Position numbers and translations under genes: made by a program
From: Terriglobia bacterium
Lineage (GTDB): Bacteria; Pseudomonadota; Alphaproteobacteria; Acetobacterales; Acetobacteraceae
NCBI GenBank assembly: GCA_023511585.1
Contig: JAIMBF010000003.1
Span: forward strand, 6,537 to 70,536
DNA: 64,000 nt
Direction: 5' to 3'
The notes under the pieces: model-generated
What the model saw: only the letters and a program-made list of their open reading frames with translations
Database searches by the model: none
What the model was told of the DNA's origin: nothing
In this document: positions 62,104 through 64,000 of the stretch, in pieces
Layout: the number at the start of each line of letters is the position of its first letter
Position numbering within the stretch: the first letter of the stretch is position 1

Positions 62104-64000
62104 TGCGCCTTCGGGTCAAGCCGAGCGCGGGCGCGCCGCGGAAGTGTCCACATGGCCACAACCGTTATCAAAAGCACGGCGACCACCAACAGCCCCGCAA
62201 GGGTGAGCGGGCTTGTACCGAAATACCAAGACGGCCAGATCCAGAACGGCAGATGACCGACGGTGTAGGTCGATCCGATCCGATACGATACCGGTTTCGG
62301 GCCGGAGAGGATCACAAAATCGCCTTGAATCAAAGAAGACTGGGTTGGATCAGAAAGCGCCGTTACGGCATCGACAAGCGCTTCCGGAGTCGCCGCCAGC
62401 AGTGCCACTACGGACCGGCCATGCCGCAACGGGCTCTCTGCACCGAGAATTACTGCCATCTCAGCGCCGGACGCGGCCAACCGCGCCTCGGCTACACGCT
62501 GTCCCTCGGCAACGGAATCACCAAATATCCATGACAACGCAGGAATCTGATCGGTTAGAGTAATGTCGAGCCGATTGCCCCGCAACTGCAACGGGCTGTT
62601 CGCAAGCAGCTCGGATGCACTCTGAAAGCCGCGAAACGTGCTTATGACAAGCAAATCGCGGTCCGCCGCCCGCGCCGCCTCTCCGGCACGGACCACCTCG
62701 AGCCCAGTCACCGAAACGCCCGTGAGCGCGCCAAACCGCCCCATCAGATCTAGGAACGCTCTTTCTTCCAACGCAGACGGCTGGTCGGACAGCACAACGG
62801 CGGTACGAGAAAGATCGGCGAGCCGTGTGAAAGGAAAACCGGAGCTGACGAAGAAAGAGAGATTGGGAAGTTGCGCGATATGATAAGCGCGACTGAGATC
62901 AAGCGTACTATCCGGGCTGATCGACACCGGCGGCGGACTCGGAATAGCCACGCAATCGCCGCGATGCAGCGGCCGCGTGTCGAAATAAAATTCTAACTCG
63001 TTCTGTCCGAACACGTCATAAGGCGGCACCGCAACCCGCACGTCATTTCCGTAGGCTGCAAAGCCGAGCCATTGTTCCAACCGCGTGAACAACGAGGGAA
63101 TGCGCGCCAGGGGATACGAGGCAAGATAAATATTGTTGACGCTCACATCCAAACGCGAGGTCGCCAAATCGAGAATTGGTCCAGGAGGCGCATTGTAATG
63201 AATCTCCGCCGTGAACGGGAGCGAGCGCCACGTGTAGAGATCGGGCGATGTCCGAAACGGGATGCGGATCGGCTCCGGCACATAACCGACCCGCTGTAGC
63301 TCCGCGGCATTGACGAGTTCACCGAAGCGAACGGGACGATCGGTACCGACCCAATGCGGCGCATCGTAGGGTTTACGCGGCTTAATCTCCGGCGCCGATA
63401 CCGTTGCCGCCGGCCCGCCAAGCGTCTGAGAGCCTAACGCAAGCGTCACAGCGGCGGCCAACAGGTCGCCGCCGCTGCGGCCGCTGACAAGGAGCAACGA
63501 TCCGTAAGGATCGTTAGGATTCGCAATCAACGCGAGTGTCGGCCCCTCGATCGCCGGCAACGCGATATTCTTCGGCAATTCCTCCGGCGTGCCGATCAGC
63601 ACCGCATTGCCCTCCGCCGGCGGTTCGCGCAATACCGGGAAAGTGGCCATCCGATAATCGGCCAACTTACCGAACCAAGACGCAATGATCCCCGCCGCAT
63701 CATGGGTCTGGTTGGAAGCCGTAGCAGACAGAACGAAAGGAAGCGAAAGCTTCAGCCGTTCGTGCCAGTCAAAAAAAGGTAACGGCAAACTGGCAAGGTC
63801 ACGATTCGGCGGCAAACGCTGCAGCGTCAATGTCAGAGTCGAATTATCGTAGATCGTAGACCACAAGAGCCCGCTCAGAGGATCATTACAATCACGCGTA
63901 TAACGGCCGGTAAAGCGGAAGTTCAGTCGATTGTTGTTCTGAAAAAAGGCCGGATTGATCGGCATGACCACGTCGGCAAAACGTGTATGCTGTGCATCCG
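62100..64000 (-). CDS. bcsB: Cellulose synthase cyclic-di-GMP-binding regulatory subunit BcsB, 5'-truncated by window edge
   Basis: The frame stays open to base 64000 (..DAQHTRFADVVMPINP). BcsB-like body with a C-terminal TM anchor (LTLAGLLVVAVLLITVVAMW), upstream of bcsC. Confidence 0.85.
   Translation of the reverse strand, partial: DAQHTRFADVVMPINPAFFQNNNRLNFRFTGRYTRDCNDPLSGLLWSTIYDNSTLTLTLQRLPPNRDLASLPLPFFDWHERLKLSLPFVLSATASNQTHDAAGIIASWFGKLADYRMATFPVLREPPAEGNAVLIGTPEELPKNIALPAIEGPTLALIANPNDPYGSLLLVSGRSGGDLLAAAVTLALGSQTLGGPAATVSAPEIKPRKPYDAPHWVGTDRPVRFGELVNAAELQRVGYVPEPIRIPFRTSPDLYTWRSLPFTAEIHYNAPPGPILDLATSRLDVSVNNIYLASYPLARIPSLFTRLEQWLGFAAYGNDVRVAVPPYDVFGQNELEFYFDTRPLHRGDCVAIPSPPPVSISPDSTLDLSRAYHIAQLPNLSFFVSSGFPFTRLADLSRTAVVLSDQPSALEERAFLDLMGRFGALTGVSVTGLEVVRAGEAARAADRDLLVISTFRGFQSASELLANSPLQLRGNRLDITLTDQIPALSWIFGDSVAEGQRVAEARLAASGAEMAVILGAESPLRHGRSVVALLAATPEALVDAVTALSDPTQSSLIQGDFVILSGPKPVSYRIGSTYTVGHLPFWIWPSWYFGTSPLTLAGLLVVAVLLITVVAMWTLPRRARARLDPKAQ

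Noticed and set aside
1-64000. Search by eye for tRNA/rRNA genes, CRISPR arrays and intact integrases or transposases
   Set aside because: None was found: no tRNA-like T-arm contexts in intergenic DNA, no short regularly spaced repeats, and only two degraded IS fragments. A tRNAscan/Infernal/CRISPR-finder run would be needed to be certain.

Overview
High-GC proteobacterial chromosomal segment. The gene content (rpoH, minCDE, a BcsD-containing cellulose operon) suggests an alphaproteobacterium, possibly Acetobacteraceae-like; this is inference only.

**1-26.4 kb: mostly housekeeping and metabolic genes.**
- NAD-dependent formate dehydrogenase fdsB (partial)-fdsA-fdhD-fdsD, with an oxalate/formate-family MFS transporter.
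- PfkB kinase, Hsp20 and cytochrome c peroxidase.
- An ArsR-rhodanese regulator divergent from a desaturase / TVP38-rhodanese pair.
- An SDR, mobA, and a lactonase plus IlvD/Edd dehydratase.
- rpoH, a PRTase, THUMP and MBL proteins, minCDE, archease-rtcB, DUF488 and ada.

**26.4-55.4 kb: looks accessory.**
- A ~16 kb catabolic block: hydroxyquinol dioxygenase, maleylacetate reductase, many dehydrogenases and a sugar-type ABC importer. It is bracketed by a 309-bp direct repeat of the ada 3' end.
- A degraded IS5-family fragment follows.
- Then a tightly coupled three-gene operon at 43180-55075: an SNF2 helicase, a 1302-aa N6-adenine methyltransferase, and a 1691-aa DExH helicase fused to a Cys-rich DUF1998-like module and a Vsr/DUF559-like tail. 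I interpret it as a non-canonical DISARM-class-1-like (or Druantia-DruE-like) defence system. It is the best candidate here for an unclassified system.
- A degraded IS630-family fragment closes it on the right.

**55.5-64 kb (minus strand): tail of a cellulose synthase operon.** The order is bcsB (partial)-bcsC-bcsD-GH8 endoglucanase-Pro-rich protein.

No tRNA, rRNA or CRISPR array was recognised by eye. All calls come from reading the supplied translations and the DNA; no database search was possible.
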